Positions 50,564 to 60,885 are shown, numbered from the whole stretch's first letter. The stretch: 63,933 bases of DNA, filler included, from Planctomycetota bacterium (GCA_026991575.1; 7 parts of 7 records of this genome joined end to end with filler, not necessarily neighbours in it); one strand, 5' to 3'. Program-made: numbers and translations. Notes: a model not told the origin generated them from the letters alone.

Positions 50564-51898
50564 ATGGGAGAGCTGAGCATCACCCGCCGCGAATTGCTTG
50601 GCTGTTGTGCGGCGTCGCTGTTAGCCCCGGTATTGACACGTGCGAGCAACGATGGTGCCGAGATCGGGGAACTTCAACTGACCGTTGTCGATGACGATGC
50701 CACCTGGTACGGGACGTTCCAGAACCACAACCAGAAAGTCGTCTGGAACGAATACGGGATCTTCATGACCCATTTACGTCGGCGCAACAAGGCCTACACG
50801 GCGCAGCGGTGGAGGCTGTCCTGGAGCCGTGATGGTGGGAAAACGTTTCACACGTTGATCGAAGCAACCCACGCCACCAATCCTCCGGTCCTGGAAACCG
50901 ACGCGAACGGTGTGCTGTATTTGGCCCGCGCCGACTTCCTGGACGGCAACGCGTATCTGTACCGCCTGGAACCCCCAAGCTACAACCGGCCGCAAGTCAC
51001 GCCGATTCCTGGAGCAGCAGCCGGCAAGTACTCGATGCACTTGGATCCGGAGCGAGAGCTGCTGTACTTCTTCGCACACAATGGCCGTTTTTCTGTGCTG
51101 AAGCTCGATGGTCAGGTGGTCCATTCGCTCAGGCTGCTGCGTTCCGGACGCTATGCGGCTCTGATGTATCCGTTCCTCTCGCTGGGTGACGATGGTACGC
51201 TGTACGCCTCGTGGATCACCCAACAGCATGGCCGCTACTGCTACCGGGCTGTCCACGTGATGAAATCGCCGGACGGTGGTCGAACCTGGCAAACCTTGGA
51301 CGGCAAGACGCTGCAGCCGCCGGTGGTCGCGGATGACTCAGGCCCGACGCAGCGGCTGAGCAAGGACGGTGAACTGCTGGACCATAGCTGGCTATTCGGC
51401 TGCTGGCCGCGGCACGGCAAGCTGCATGTTGTCTACTCGACCTTCCCGGCCCCGCGGAACTCGGGGATCTGGCCTGCGGAGCGGCTGCGCTACGTCTGCC
51501 TGGATGCCAACAGTGGCGAGGTAGTGCGCGAGCAAGAGGGCGAGCGACTGGTGGGCGGCCGAGTCGGCTTGAACAAGTGGAACGGCTTTCTGGCATCTCG
51601 CCGGAATGATCCTCAAGCACCGCTGTACGTGACAGCAGCCGACGACGAACGGATCGCAGCCGTCTGGACCGAATGCGGGAGCCAGTGGCACCAGGCAGCC
51701 AGGAGTCGTCGCCGCTTTTCGCACTGCTACTCAATCAGCGGCTGTCGTGAACTGACTCCGGATGGCTGGGTTCTGGGGGCGTTTACGGACGTCCCCAAGA
51801 GCGACGACATTTTCGTCCGCTGCACGGTGTACTTCTTCCGCCTGCGGGCATGCAGTCCGGCCTTGACGATGCCACCAGCCAGCACAAGGGTCCCATAA
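50564..51898 (+). CDS. Tat-exported BNR/Asp-box (sialidase-like propeller) protein
   Basis: ITRRELLG twin-arginine signal; SRDGGKTF and SPDGGRTW Asp-boxes. Confidence 0.75.
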   Translation: MGELSITRRELLGCCAASLLAPVLTRASNDGAEIGELQLTVVDDDATWYGTFQNHNQKVVWNEYGIFMTHLRRRNKAYTAQRWRLSWSRDGGKTFHTLIEATHATNPPVLETDANGVLYLARADFLDGNAYLYRLEPPSYNRPQVTPIPGAAAGKYSMHLDPERELLYFFAHNGRFSVLKLDGQVVHSLRLLRSGRYAALMYPFLSLGDDGTLYASWITQQHGRYCYRAVHVMKSPDGGRTWQTLDGKTLQPPVVADDSGPTQRLSKDGELLDHSWLFGCWPRHGKLHVVYSTFPAPRNSGIWPAERLRYVCLDANSGEVVREQEGERLVGGRVGLNKWNGFLASRRNDPQAPLYVTAADDERIAAVWTECGSQWHQAARSRRRFSHCYSISGCRELTPDGWVLGAFTDVPKSDDIFVRCTVYFFRLRACSPALTMPPASTRVP

Positions 51899-51940
51899 CG
51901 GAGATATGGGATCCAACGCCCTAGTCCGGTCAGGAAGCCG
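51866..51940 (-). pseudogene. 75-bp fragment of a GT39 paralogue
   Basis: Reverse complement matches 32398-32472 with six substitutions, five of them synonymous (GFLTGLGRWIPYLRYGT[L/P]VLAGGIV). Confidence 0.8.
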
Positions 51941-52166
51941 TGCGGTCTGCTCAACCGGCCGTCGCGATCGGCTCCAGTTCCGTTCTACCGTCGCTGGCGA
52001 CTGCCCGTTGGGTGTCCGCAGCGCAAACTTAACTCGAGCTGGCCATCGTCTCACAGCCTCAGCGACATTTGTGAGAAGTTGAATTAACCACGTCGAGCCG
52101 TTATGCTCGAGGCGCTGGTAGCAGGCATGTTTACCGGCAGAGCTGGCCAACCTGGGGTTCGGTGAC

Positions 52167-53231
52167 ATGAGCTGGTCGGCACGCGCGGTGGCAGTTGGGG
52201 TAATCCTGTCAGTGCCCGCGATCTTGGCTGCTTACCTATGGTGGGCAGGCCCCGTGATTGGCTCCCGGCCAGGCTCCTGGCCACCGAACCAGGCTGTGAC
52301 CCATCCGCCGGTCATTGTCGTGCCCGGCGAGCGGCACGTGATTGCACACACGTTTGAGATCCGAAACAACAGGCCGCACGCCGCAGAAGTTACCCTCGTG
52401 AACGGGCCTCGTGGAAGTGGCCAGACCCAACTCGGCAGGGCACGTCTGGCCCCCGGTGAAAAGACGCCCTTGACAATGCGTGTTCTACTCGTCGGTCGAC
52501 GGTACGACGCCGCCGAGTGGGTGAAACTACGGCTGACCTGGGCAGACGGGACGAGCAAGCTCGTGCGCTTCATGGTGCAAGTGCCCGTGGTGCCAAGGAT
52601 CAGCCTGCGGCTGCCCACGTACCCGGACATGCGCATACCGGTCCCCGAAGGGACAAACGAGCTGGCGGGAATCCCGGTCGAACTGGTTGTGTCCTACCGG
52701 GAAGGAGAGGCTCTGGGCGAAGGGGCCCCGTTCCTTGAAGGATCTGGCGTACCCGCCGTGTTTTACCGGCCCCCAGCCGTCGATAGAGAACGCTGGCTGA
52801 AGGGTATTTACCTGCTCGTGTGGCGAGGTCAGCTGACGGTGAACGTGGGCGCCTCAGGGCGGGACGTCCGATCGATTCGGTACGGCTTCGGCTCGTGGTC
52901 ACACACAACGATGCTTCAAATCGTCACGCACCACGATTTGATCTTCACACCCCGTACGCTCGTCTTCGGCCGGTCGGCAGGGCGCAGTGCGGAACGAACC
53001 GTGTGGCTGGTGAGCCGGGACGGGCCTTTCGTCCTGAAGAAATTGAGCGTGCCTTCATGGCTTGCGGTCGAATACGACAACGCGAAGCAACAGGACGCTG
53101 CACGCCGCCTCCGCTTACGTATCCGCTTGAACGAGCGTCCCCCCGCCGGTCAGTACGAACTCCGAGCGACGGTCCGGCAAGAGGGAAAGGAGCGGCCGGC
53201 GGACGTACCGCTGCGTTTGGTTGTCCTGTAA
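52167..53231 (+). CDS. Membrane-anchored Ig-like (DUF1573-like) protein
   Basis: N-terminal TM; HTFEIRN...LAPGEK and P.TLVFG beta-sandwich motifs. Confidence 0.6.
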   Translation: MSWSARAVAVGVILSVPAILAAYLWWAGPVIGSRPGSWPPNQAVTHPPVIVVPGERHVIAHTFEIRNNRPHAAEVTLVNGPRGSGQTQLGRARLAPGEKTPLTMRVLLVGRRYDAAEWVKLRLTWADGTSKLVRFMVQVPVVPRISLRLPTYPDMRIPVPEGTNELAGIPVELVVSYREGEALGEGAPFLEGSGVPAVFYRPPAVDRERWLKGIYLLVWRGQLTVNVGASGRDVRSIRYGFGSWSHTTMLQIVTHHDLIFTPRTLVFGRSAGRSAERTVWLVSRDGPFVLKKLSVPSWLAVEYDNAKQQDAARRLRLRIRLNERPPAGQYELRATVRQEGKERPADVPLRLVVL

Positions 53232-53248
53232 CCGCGGCGAAAAGGGTG

Positions 53249-55261
53249 ATGGTTGCAAGCCGCCATCGGCAGTCACATCCAGTGGGCAGGGCCCAAGCGG
53301 ACGATCGGCTGCTAGAGCGTACGCTCACCCCGAAACCGGTACCGCTTGCGTTGTGCTCCGTCCTTACCGGTTTCACTGCCGCTGTCATCTGGAGCAGTCT
53401 GATCCACTCCCCGGCAACGGACGAACCAGCGCTACTCGCTTCGGGCATCGTGCACTGGAAACACGCCTGCTTCGCCCCATACCGTGTGAACCCACCAACG
53501 GTACGGATGGTGGCCGCGTTGCCGGCCTTGTGGCATCCAGCCGCCGCAGCTGTCGGACCACGCATGGAAGGGCCTCGGCCAGAAGCCACAGCCCTCCAGC
53601 AGCTAAGCTCAGCCCTGGCAGAAGGGGAGATCGTCCGATTGGTCACGTTGGGCCGGCTAATGGCATTGCCGCTGGTTCTGCCCGGAGTGCTGGTGGCGTA
53701 CTTGTGGGGCCGTCAACTGGGCGGAACGTTCGCAGGCTTGTTTGCGGCGTCGCTGCTGGCGCTCAGCCCGGCTCTGCTCAATGCAAGCAGTCAGATCCGC
53801 AGCGATGCGGCCGCTGCGTCGATGGGCCTCTCCGCCATGTTCGCGTGGTACTGCTGGTACCGGCAGCCGAGCTGGAGGCGATCCGTCGTGGCTGGATGCA
53901 CGCTCGGGCTGGCCCTACTCTGTAAGCTGACGATGAGCCTGCTGTTTATCCCCACCGCATGTCTGGGCATCTGCTGCGTTGCGCGAAAGCCGCGCGGCAG
54001 CATGCTACGCCGAGCCATACAGGTGTGCACTGCCTTCCTCGTGGCCCTGACGGTGCTGAATGCGGGCTATGGTTTCCAGGGTACAGGAATACGGTTGAAC
54101 GAAATTTCGTTCTACAGTCACACCTTCCGCCAGATCGTCAGCACACTGGAAGGCACGCCTTTTCTGGCCTGGCTCGTCGAGGTCCCGCTGTTCGTGCCTA
54201 AGGACTACTTGCTGGGTATGGACGTCCAGCAGGTTGACTTTGAGCGTGGGCACTGGACGTTTTTCGGAGGAACGTGGTGGTTTACCGCACCACCGTATGT
54301 CTACGTCCTGCTCGTGGGAGCCAAGGAACCCCTTGTGCACATGATCGCCCTAGTCATCGCAGTCGGCCTGCTTCTGGGTCGCCGGCGAATCGGCTCGGGC
54401 GAGCTGCTGGCCCTGTGGCTGCCCGGGGTACTGCTCTTTGCCGTCGTCAGTGCCAAGAGTTCGCTCGTCTACTTCCGCTACGTCCTTCCCGCGCTGGTGT
54501 TCCTTTACGTTGCAGCAGGAATCAGGCTCGGAAGCATCAAGAACCGGTGGTGGCGACTGTGCTGGTGTGCCGCTCTGCTCTACACCATCGTCTCTCTCCG
54601 CAACGTGGCGCCGCACTGGGAAAGCTACGCAAGCGAACTGATCGGAGGCCCACGGCACGCACACTGGTATTTGGCAACAGGTGATGCGTTGGCTGCGAAC
54701 CAGGACCTGCTGGCCGTGGCACGCTGGCTGCAGGCCCATCCAGAGTGTAACCCTGATGGACTGGCTGTCGGCAGTGAGAAGCACCGCAGGCAGTTTCGGG
54801 TGCTCCGTCGAATTCCGAACCCTCCGGTCGGGCCCACCGGTCCTCCGGCTCGTTACCTCGCTGACCGAGGTCCCAAGCCCGGTACGTACATTGTCAGCCT
54901 GCCGGTTCTCGTTCGTCGGGATGCCGCGTGGGCATATTTTCGCTACGTTGAGCCCGAACTCTTCATCACGCCGACCGTTGCCCTCTACCGGCTCTCACAG
55001 GATAACGTCAGGCTTGTCGTCCGTCGCATGCAGGTGGGAGACCGCGGCATCGATCAAGCCGCTATCCGGTCTACGCAGTCTCTGGCCACCGCACGGGAAC
55101 CGTCCCCACCGTCCGTGGAGGGCGGCATTCTGGAGCATTCGTCAGTCCGCAGAAGAGTGCGTGGGCAACGCAATCCCCATGGTTCCGTCATCCGACGGAC
55201 CCGGGCCGATGGGTATCCCCATAACGAACAACGCCACCGCGGCCGTTCAACTCGCGCATGA
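53249..55261 (+). CDS. ArnT/PMT-like (GT39) membrane glycosyltransferase
   Basis: SPATDEPA.LASG, YRVNPP.VRMVAALP, LNAGYGFQG, DVQQVDFE, RYVLP and NQDL motifs; start moved past the upstream gene. Confidence 0.8.
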   Translation: MVASRHRQSHPVGRAQADDRLLERTLTPKPVPLALCSVLTGFTAAVIWSSLIHSPATDEPALLASGIVHWKHACFAPYRVNPPTVRMVAALPALWHPAAAAVGPRMEGPRPEATALQQLSSALAEGEIVRLVTLGRLMALPLVLPGVLVAYLWGRQLGGTFAGLFAASLLALSPALLNASSQIRSDAAAASMGLSAMFAWYCWYRQPSWRRSVVAGCTLGLALLCKLTMSLLFIPTACLGICCVARKPRGSMLRRAIQVCTAFLVALTVLNAGYGFQGTGIRLNEISFYSHTFRQIVSTLEGTPFLAWLVEVPLFVPKDYLLGMDVQQVDFERGHWTFFGGTWWFTAPPYVYVLLVGAKEPLVHMIALVIAVGLLLGRRRIGSGELLALWLPGVLLFAVVSAKSSLVYFRYVLPALVFLYVAAGIRLGSIKNRWWRLCWCAALLYTIVSLRNVAPHWESYASELIGGPRHAHWYLATGDALAANQDLLAVARWLQAHPECNPDGLAVGSEKHRRQFRVLRRIPNPPVGPTGPPARYLADRGPKPGTYIVSLPVLVRRDAAWAYFRYVEPELFITPTVALYRLSQDNVRLVVRRMQVGDRGIDQAAIRSTQSLATAREPSPPSVEGGILEHSSVRRRVRGQRNPHGSVIRRTRADGYPHNEQRHRGRSTRA

Positions 55262-56589
55262 GCAGTCGGAGGTGTCCGCCGATGGGACGCACAACCTGCG
55301 ACACTGGTCGCACTCGTAACCACCGTGGGCCGGAGCGTGACCGTAGAAGTGTCGCGGGCCGCCGGGCTACGCTCTGCGCGTTGCCTGCTGCCCTGTTGGC
55401 CATCTTGATCCAACCCGCCGGTGGCGCGGAATCCTCCCAAAGTCAAGCCCGGGACACACTCGCCGAGCTGGTCGACACCTTGTCCAACTGGCGCAATCAG
55501 TGGCGTTTCACAGGAAGCTGGCGCACGATGTCAGGAACCAAGCGCTCCCCCGCAGACGCCGAGTGGCTCAAAGGCCCGGACATTGAGGTAGAAGGAACGT
55601 TCGCCGTGGATGGGCCGATGGTCCGGTTGGAAGTGAGAACACCGGCCACTGGAAATAAACGCACCGGCGGCTTTCTCGGCAGCGGCCAGGTTCGCACCGC
55701 GGCCGGGGTGCGCATCATCAGACAGGACTGGAATGCGGGCTTGCGGTGCACACGGTACTCGGGTGAGACCGGCATCCGGTTTGCCCTGTTCCCGGTGGAT
55801 GTCGACTTCGACACGTTTACCGCCCCGCCATTTGCAGCCGTCGACGCGGGCGCGCTGGTAAGAATCTGGTTCCTACGCAAGCCAGAATCCGAACTCGTCA
55901 GTGTGACCAAGCACTGGGACAACAACGGCAACCAGCTTGTGTACATGATCCGGCGGCGAGTGCTGACGCGTGACGCTGTACTCATTGACCGCTATGTGCT
56001 GGACGTCTCCGGCGACAGCCCGGTCCTACTGGAGGCGCGTAGTTGGAACGAGGGCGACGACCCGGCTAAGGCCTGGACACGGCGAAACGAGTCGTTCGTT
56101 GACATCAACGGCGTCCGCGTTCCCCAGCGAATTGTCTCATACTCGTGGAGGGAAGATGGCAGCGGTAGGGAGTTTGTATTCGTGCGGATCACCGAGTTGC
56201 GCCAGTTTGATCCTGCCGCGCCTGAGCCGTCAGCGTTTGTCATCGAGCTTGGCGAGGACATCGCGTGGATCCAGGGGCTCAAGGAGAACCGCTTTCCGGA
56301 GGACGGGAAACTAGACGTCGCCAGGCTGACGCGCGAGGATCTACACCTGAGTCCTCGCGGACAAGCCGCTTCCGAGCTGCGGCTCCGCGATGGCAAGCTG
56401 TTTGCGATCGTTGACGATTCTGGTCTACGTCGCGTGGGAGAACAACCGATCCCTGCTGCGGCTGACCAAGAGCGTTTCGATCACAATGGCCGGTCGTTGA
56501 CGTACCTATGGATCGTCCTCGGGGTAGCGGTGTTGCTGGCCTCGGCCGCGTTAGCGGGCTTTGCCCGTCGCCGCCGCGCCTCAGCGTAA
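55258..56589 (+). CDS. Exported hypothetical protein with C-terminal TM anchor
   Basis: Signal peptide, beta-rich LolA-like middle (GVRVPQRI), LDVARLTREDL, C-terminal TM and RRRR tail. Confidence 0.7.
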   Translation: MSSRRCPPMGRTTCDTGRTRNHRGPERDRRSVAGRRATLCALPAALLAILIQPAGGAESSQSQARDTLAELVDTLSNWRNQWRFTGSWRTMSGTKRSPADAEWLKGPDIEVEGTFAVDGPMVRLEVRTPATGNKRTGGFLGSGQVRTAAGVRIIRQDWNAGLRCTRYSGETGIRFALFPVDVDFDTFTAPPFAAVDAGALVRIWFLRKPESELVSVTKHWDNNGNQLVYMIRRRVLTRDAVLIDRYVLDVSGDSPVLLEARSWNEGDDPAKAWTRRNESFVDINGVRVPQRIVSYSWREDGSGREFVFVRITELRQFDPAAPEPSAFVIELGEDIAWIQGLKENRFPEDGKLDVARLTREDLHLSPRGQAASELRLRDGKLFAIVDDSGLRRVGEQPIPAAADQERFDHNGRSLTYLWIVLGVAVLLASAALAGFARRRRASA

Positions 56590-57162
56590 GCTTGGCCACG
56601 AGCATACACTGCCGATCCACAGGTAGCCCACACAACCGGGGCATCCGTGGGCGGCAGAACAAAGCCCCATCGGTACTGCGCGGTGGGACTCAACCCGTCC
56701 CGGGGACGAGTCTCATTCAGCCAACCACGACCGAATGAGTCATACGGTGCAAGAAGCGCAGGTAGCGGCGGAGGCGTACCACCAAGCATGCGGGGGGGGC
56801 AATTTCGTGAGCCATGCGGGCTGCAACGCGGCGTCAGCCGGGCAAGCAGATCCCGGACGCCGCAGCGTCTTCCAATTCCCCGTTGGCGGGAATGCAATTC
56901 GGCGTTTGGACCCGGGGCCTGCGAACGTACCGACGCTTTCGGTCGCTTCCAGTTCGGCGTTCTCACCGTGCGTGAAACGCGCGGTCAGGACGGTCGGCGG
57001 GATTGGGCCGCAGGCGATGTTGCTGATCGCTCGCGCTGAGAGCATACCAAAGCCATGCCGNNNNNNNNNNNNNNNNNNNNNNNNNNNNNNNNNNNNNNNN
57101 NNNNTTAATTAATTAANNNNNNNNNNNNNNNNNNNNNNNNNNNNNNNNNNNNNNNNNNNNAG

Positions 57163-58437
57163 ACGAACACGGTGACCCGTGAGGTGACGGAGTACACGTG
57201 GGACTACCGCAACCGGCTGACGGCGGTGGTACACAAGGATGGCCAGGGCAATGTGCTGTGGAGTGAGACGTACGTCTACGACGCGTTCAACCGCCGGATT
57301 GCGTTCTACGAGGACCCCGACGGCCCGACGGGCCCACAGCCGGAGCGGTTCACGTTTGTGCTGCATGACCTGGCTCAGCCGCCGACGGCGGAGCAGGTCG
57401 CCCAGGGCAGCCTAGCCCCGTACGTCGATGGCATCTACGCGAGCGCGATCTTCGCGGCGAACCCGATTGCCGACTTTGTGGATGCGGACACATCGGATGG
57501 CATCACGCCGCAGCTCACCGAGCGCCGCCTCTACGCGGCGGCAATCGACTCCCTCCTTGCCCGCGAAGACACCCTCGGCGACATCACCTTCGCCCTCACC
57601 GACTACCTCGGCAGCATCCGGGGACGGGTGGATTCGTCCGGCACGATCCTCGAGACCCTGGCCTACGAGAGCTTTGGGCTGCCGGAGGATACATACGATA
57701 GCGGCTCGCGCTTTGGGTACGCTGGCCGAGAGTCGGCCGAAGACGGGTCGTACATGAGGGCGCGCGCCTACGACCCCTTGGCTGGTCGTTTCGCGTCTCC
57801 CGACCCCAACGGCGCCGCGGAGGAGAGCAACGCCTACCGTTACGCGGCAAATAGTCCAACTATCGCTCAGGACTTGCTCGGGCTTTACTGCCACAAGGTT
57901 CCGCCACCGGGGAGGCCGAGCCCTCGTCCCAAACCAGGCCCCGTAGTGCCGAAACAGTTCCACGACTTCCCTGTGGACGGAACACCAGCGCCCGATGTTC
58001 CTGACGAATGGTTTCATTGGTACAAGCGTCTAGCGAAGAAGTATATCGAGTGGATACGTCATTGGTGGGAGAACTGCAAGAAAGCACTAGACAGGCACTC
58101 TCCCGAAGAGGATCCGGACCAGTACCGAGAGACGAAGGATAAGGCTCGCAATTTGGAAAAGGACATCGAAACCCAGCGCAAGCGGCTGGAGCTACTCGAA
58201 AGGGAGTTGGAACGGCGCCAGGCAGAACGTCGTGTCACCGAGGCCGAGCGTGGTTTCCTGGATGATGCCCTTGGTGCTGTCGGTGACTTCGCCCACGCTG
58301 CCGAGCGGTTCATTGAAGAGCACGGTGTAGTCGTCGGCGCCGCGGTTGTCATCGTAGGCGTTATCGTCGTGGTGACCCCCTTTCCCGACGAGGCTCTCGT
58401 ACCAGTCATCGTCGGCGCCGGGGTTGTGGCACCGTAG
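57163..58437 (+). CDS. RHS repeat protein C-terminus with a putative membrane-active toxin tip (5' partial)
   Basis: YTWDYRNRL, TDYLGS, YAGRE, RARAYDP..GRF.SPDP and N.YRYA.NSP; then coiled coil and a hydrophobic tail. Confidence 0.88.
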   Translation, partial: TNTVTREVTEYTWDYRNRLTAVVHKDGQGNVLWSETYVYDAFNRRIAFYEDPDGPTGPQPERFTFVLHDLAQPPTAEQVAQGSLAPYVDGIYASAIFAANPIADFVDADTSDGITPQLTERRLYAAAIDSLLAREDTLGDITFALTDYLGSIRGRVDSSGTILETLAYESFGLPEDTYDSGSRFGYAGRESAEDGSYMRARAYDPLAGRFASPDPNGAAEESNAYRYAANSPTIAQDLLGLYCHKVPPPGRPSPRPKPGPVVPKQFHDFPVDGTPAPDVPDEWFHWYKRLAKKYIEWIRHWWENCKKALDRHSPEEDPDQYRETKDKARNLEKDIETQRKRLELLERELERRQAERRVTEAERGFLDDALGAVGDFAHAAERFIEEHGVVVGAAVVIVGVIVVVTPFPDEALVPVIVGAGVVAP

Positions 58438-58555
58438 CCCGTTCCACGGGTAGCGCATTCGAGGCAGAGGATGGCAATTTGGCTCAGCCCGGCTTGACCA
58501 AAAGAGTATTGCCACACGCGAATCGTCAAGAGACCCCGAGAATTTTGGGACAGGA

Positions 58556-59194
58556 ATGATCCCCAAGAATATGGGATACTCGAGAACAGCTTCACCACTT
58601 TGCTGGTTCTGTGGCAAGGTGAGCCAAGACCGGGAGGAGCACAGCCTGCGCCCGCTATTCGGTCCGCCGACCAACGACATCCGTTGCACCTTCGATCCAG
58701 ACCGCATACGTATCTGCGCAGAATGCGTTCGTGCCCTTTACAGGGATCTCCGCGACACTTCCCCATGCTGCCCGGACTGGATCGCTGGCATTGCCCTGTG
58801 GTACACGCGGGCGTACCTTCAAAACGGAGTCCGCCCCGACCAGCCGCCCGGATGCTGGTTCTCGCTTCTGCCGCTTGGTGCTCCGGTCCAACTTTTTGCC
58901 GGGCTTCCACTCCTTGATCTCTTCCGCCGCGGGTGGACGCTCAGCGGAAGCTATAGACTCGGCCGCGTCCTGGATAGACTGCGTCCACACGTCGACGAGG
59001 CTTACCTCAACAGAATCACAGAGGATCCGTCCCTGGGCCCTCATTTTGACCGATTCCTATCAATGGCCCGGGATCGTCTCGGCTTACGGACCAGAGAAGA
59101 AGCCCTCCTACTAGCGTCCGTTAGAGCAAAGGCGAGTGACTTCGCGGTCATCTGGTTTTACGGACAGAATGCATGGCGAGGCGGATCGCTATGA
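58556..59194 (+). CDS. Hypothetical protein with ClpX-type C4 zinc finger (candidate RHS immunity)
   Basis: CWFCG...ICAEC motif; paralogue of the next gene. Confidence 0.65.
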   Translation: MIPKNMGYSRTASPLCWFCGKVSQDREEHSLRPLFGPPTNDIRCTFDPDRIRICAECVRALYRDLRDTSPCCPDWIAGIALWYTRAYLQNGVRPDQPPGCWFSLLPLGAPVQLFAGLPLLDLFRRGWTLSGSYRLGRVLDRLRPHVDEAYLNRITEDPSLGPHFDRFLSMARDRLGLRTREEALLLASVRAKASDFAVIWFYGQNAWRGGSL

Positions 59195-59453
59195 CACACG
59201 CTGGTACTCCCTGCCAAGACGCGACCCGAAACCGCACGGTCGCCGTCGCCGCGGAAGTGCCCGGGCCCGGCAAGGCAAGCCATCCTATCCAGGACCCAGC
59301 TCTTGGGTCGTCCAGTGCTGCGGTGCCTGACGACTCCCATGCACACGTGGCCACACACGCTGGATTGGCCGCTATCCCCCATTGCGACGTCTGAGACGGA
59401 CGTCCGTGTCGACAGTGACTTCACGTGCTACCAGCCCGGAGAGGCGACGTCTG

Positions 59454-60209
59454 ATGACCGGGCCATTGATCCCCGACCTTTTTTCCCATAGAGCGCTGTC
59501 CCGTGACCGCGCGTCGGTGCTGTGTTGGTTCTGCGGAGAGCCCTATCGAGATGCCCAGTACTACGGTCGACAGCCGCTGCGGGAAGTCGTCTGCATGCGC
59601 GCTACAGCGCTATATTTGGAGTACTACGAGCATGCGCCCGCTGTCGTACTGAGCGACAACGACGTAGTCTACATATGCGGATCTTGTGTAGAACGCTTTT
59701 GGAGGCAAGTTGAGCGCAAACGCAATTCGTGCAAAGACTGGCTAGCTAAACTCGCTCACTACGAGCGACTGATGAGCGAGCAGGCAGCAAATTTGTCTAT
59801 CGGAATGTATCCGCCCGAGGATCTAGAGCAGGGACTTTATTTCTCGCTTGGTTGTTGGTTCACTGGGATATCTTCGGGGGCGCCCCAGCGGCTCTTTCTT
59901 GGACTCCCACTTCACAGGCTCTTCACCTTAGGCTTCCGGTTCCGCGACCTTTACCCCTATCCGGACGTCCTCTTGCGCTACTCTCTACTACACCACGCTG
60001 CGGATGAACGAGACATCGCCGACATACCGCCTGAGACTCTGGCCGCTTTTCGCCAGCATGTTTCCGCGGCATTCCCCTGTGCGAGTCGCTCAACCCTGGA
60101 CGAATTAGCCCGAGCACGTCCTGCGATAGGTGAGTACGCAATCGCATGGTACTACGGCCAACTGCGCGCACTGTCCAACGAGGGACTGCACCCCGACGGA
60201 GCTCGGTGA
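59454..60209 (+). CDS. Hypothetical protein with ClpX-type C4 zinc finger (paralogue)
   Basis: CWFCG...YICGSC; shares GCWF...GAP..LF.GLPL..LF and W[FY]YGQ with the previous gene; GGAGAGG Shine-Dalgarno before ATG 59454. Confidence 0.65.
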   Translation: MTGPLIPDLFSHRALSRDRASVLCWFCGEPYRDAQYYGRQPLREVVCMRATALYLEYYEHAPAVVLSDNDVVYICGSCVERFWRQVERKRNSCKDWLAKLAHYERLMSEQAANLSIGMYPPEDLEQGLYFSLGCWFTGISSGAPQRLFLGLPLHRLFTLGFRFRDLYPYPDVLLRYSLLHHAADERDIADIPPETLAAFRQHVSAAFPCASRSTLDELARARPAIGEYAIAWYYGQLRALSNEGLHPDGAR

Positions 60210-60885
60210 CATCATGGTGCTGGTACTGCCCGATCGACCACCTGGCAGTCTGCCTATAATCCGCCCAACCTGCTCTCTCGGGTCAGCCACCCGCTGGGCC
60301 GCACCACCAGCTACGAACGCGACGCACGCGGCCGGGTCATCGCCATCACCGATCCAACCGGCGCCAAGACCACCTTCTCCTGGGATGCCGTCGACCGGCT
60401 CGTCCGTCGCACCGACCCGCTGGCAGGCCTGGAAACCAGCCAGACCGACTATCAGTACGACAACCTCGACCGGCTCATCGAGCTGGTCGACGCGGAAGGC
60501 AATCGCTGGAAGTGGGAGTATGACTTGGTGGGTAACCGGATCGCCGCGATCGATCCGCTGGGCAACCGCTACGAATGGGATTACGATGCACGCAACCGAG
60601 TGATCGCCACCCGCGATCCGCTGGGCAATCATAGCACGATCGCTTACACCCTCACCGGCATGGTCGCCGCGGTCACTGATCCCCTGGGCCGCACGACGCG
60701 GTACCGCTACAACGCCCGCGACTGGCGGACGGCCATCATCCTGCCCGATGGCGACAGCGATCCGAACAACAACCCGGAGATCACTTTTGGCTATGATGAG
60801 GAAGGCAATCTCATCTCGCTGACCGATGCCGACGGGAACACGACCCAGTGGCGGTTCGATGCCGTGGATCGGGTCATCGAAGAGA
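60210..60885 (+). pseudogene. Orphan RHS/YD-repeat fragment with no proper 5' start
   Basis: PLGRTTSYERDARGRV..., YDNLDRL and DPLGN repeats begin directly after the TGA at 60207-60209; truncated by the gap. Confidence 0.8.

Noticed and set aside
56590..57060. Several short ORFs at the contig end
   Set aside because: No frame gives a recognisable protein.
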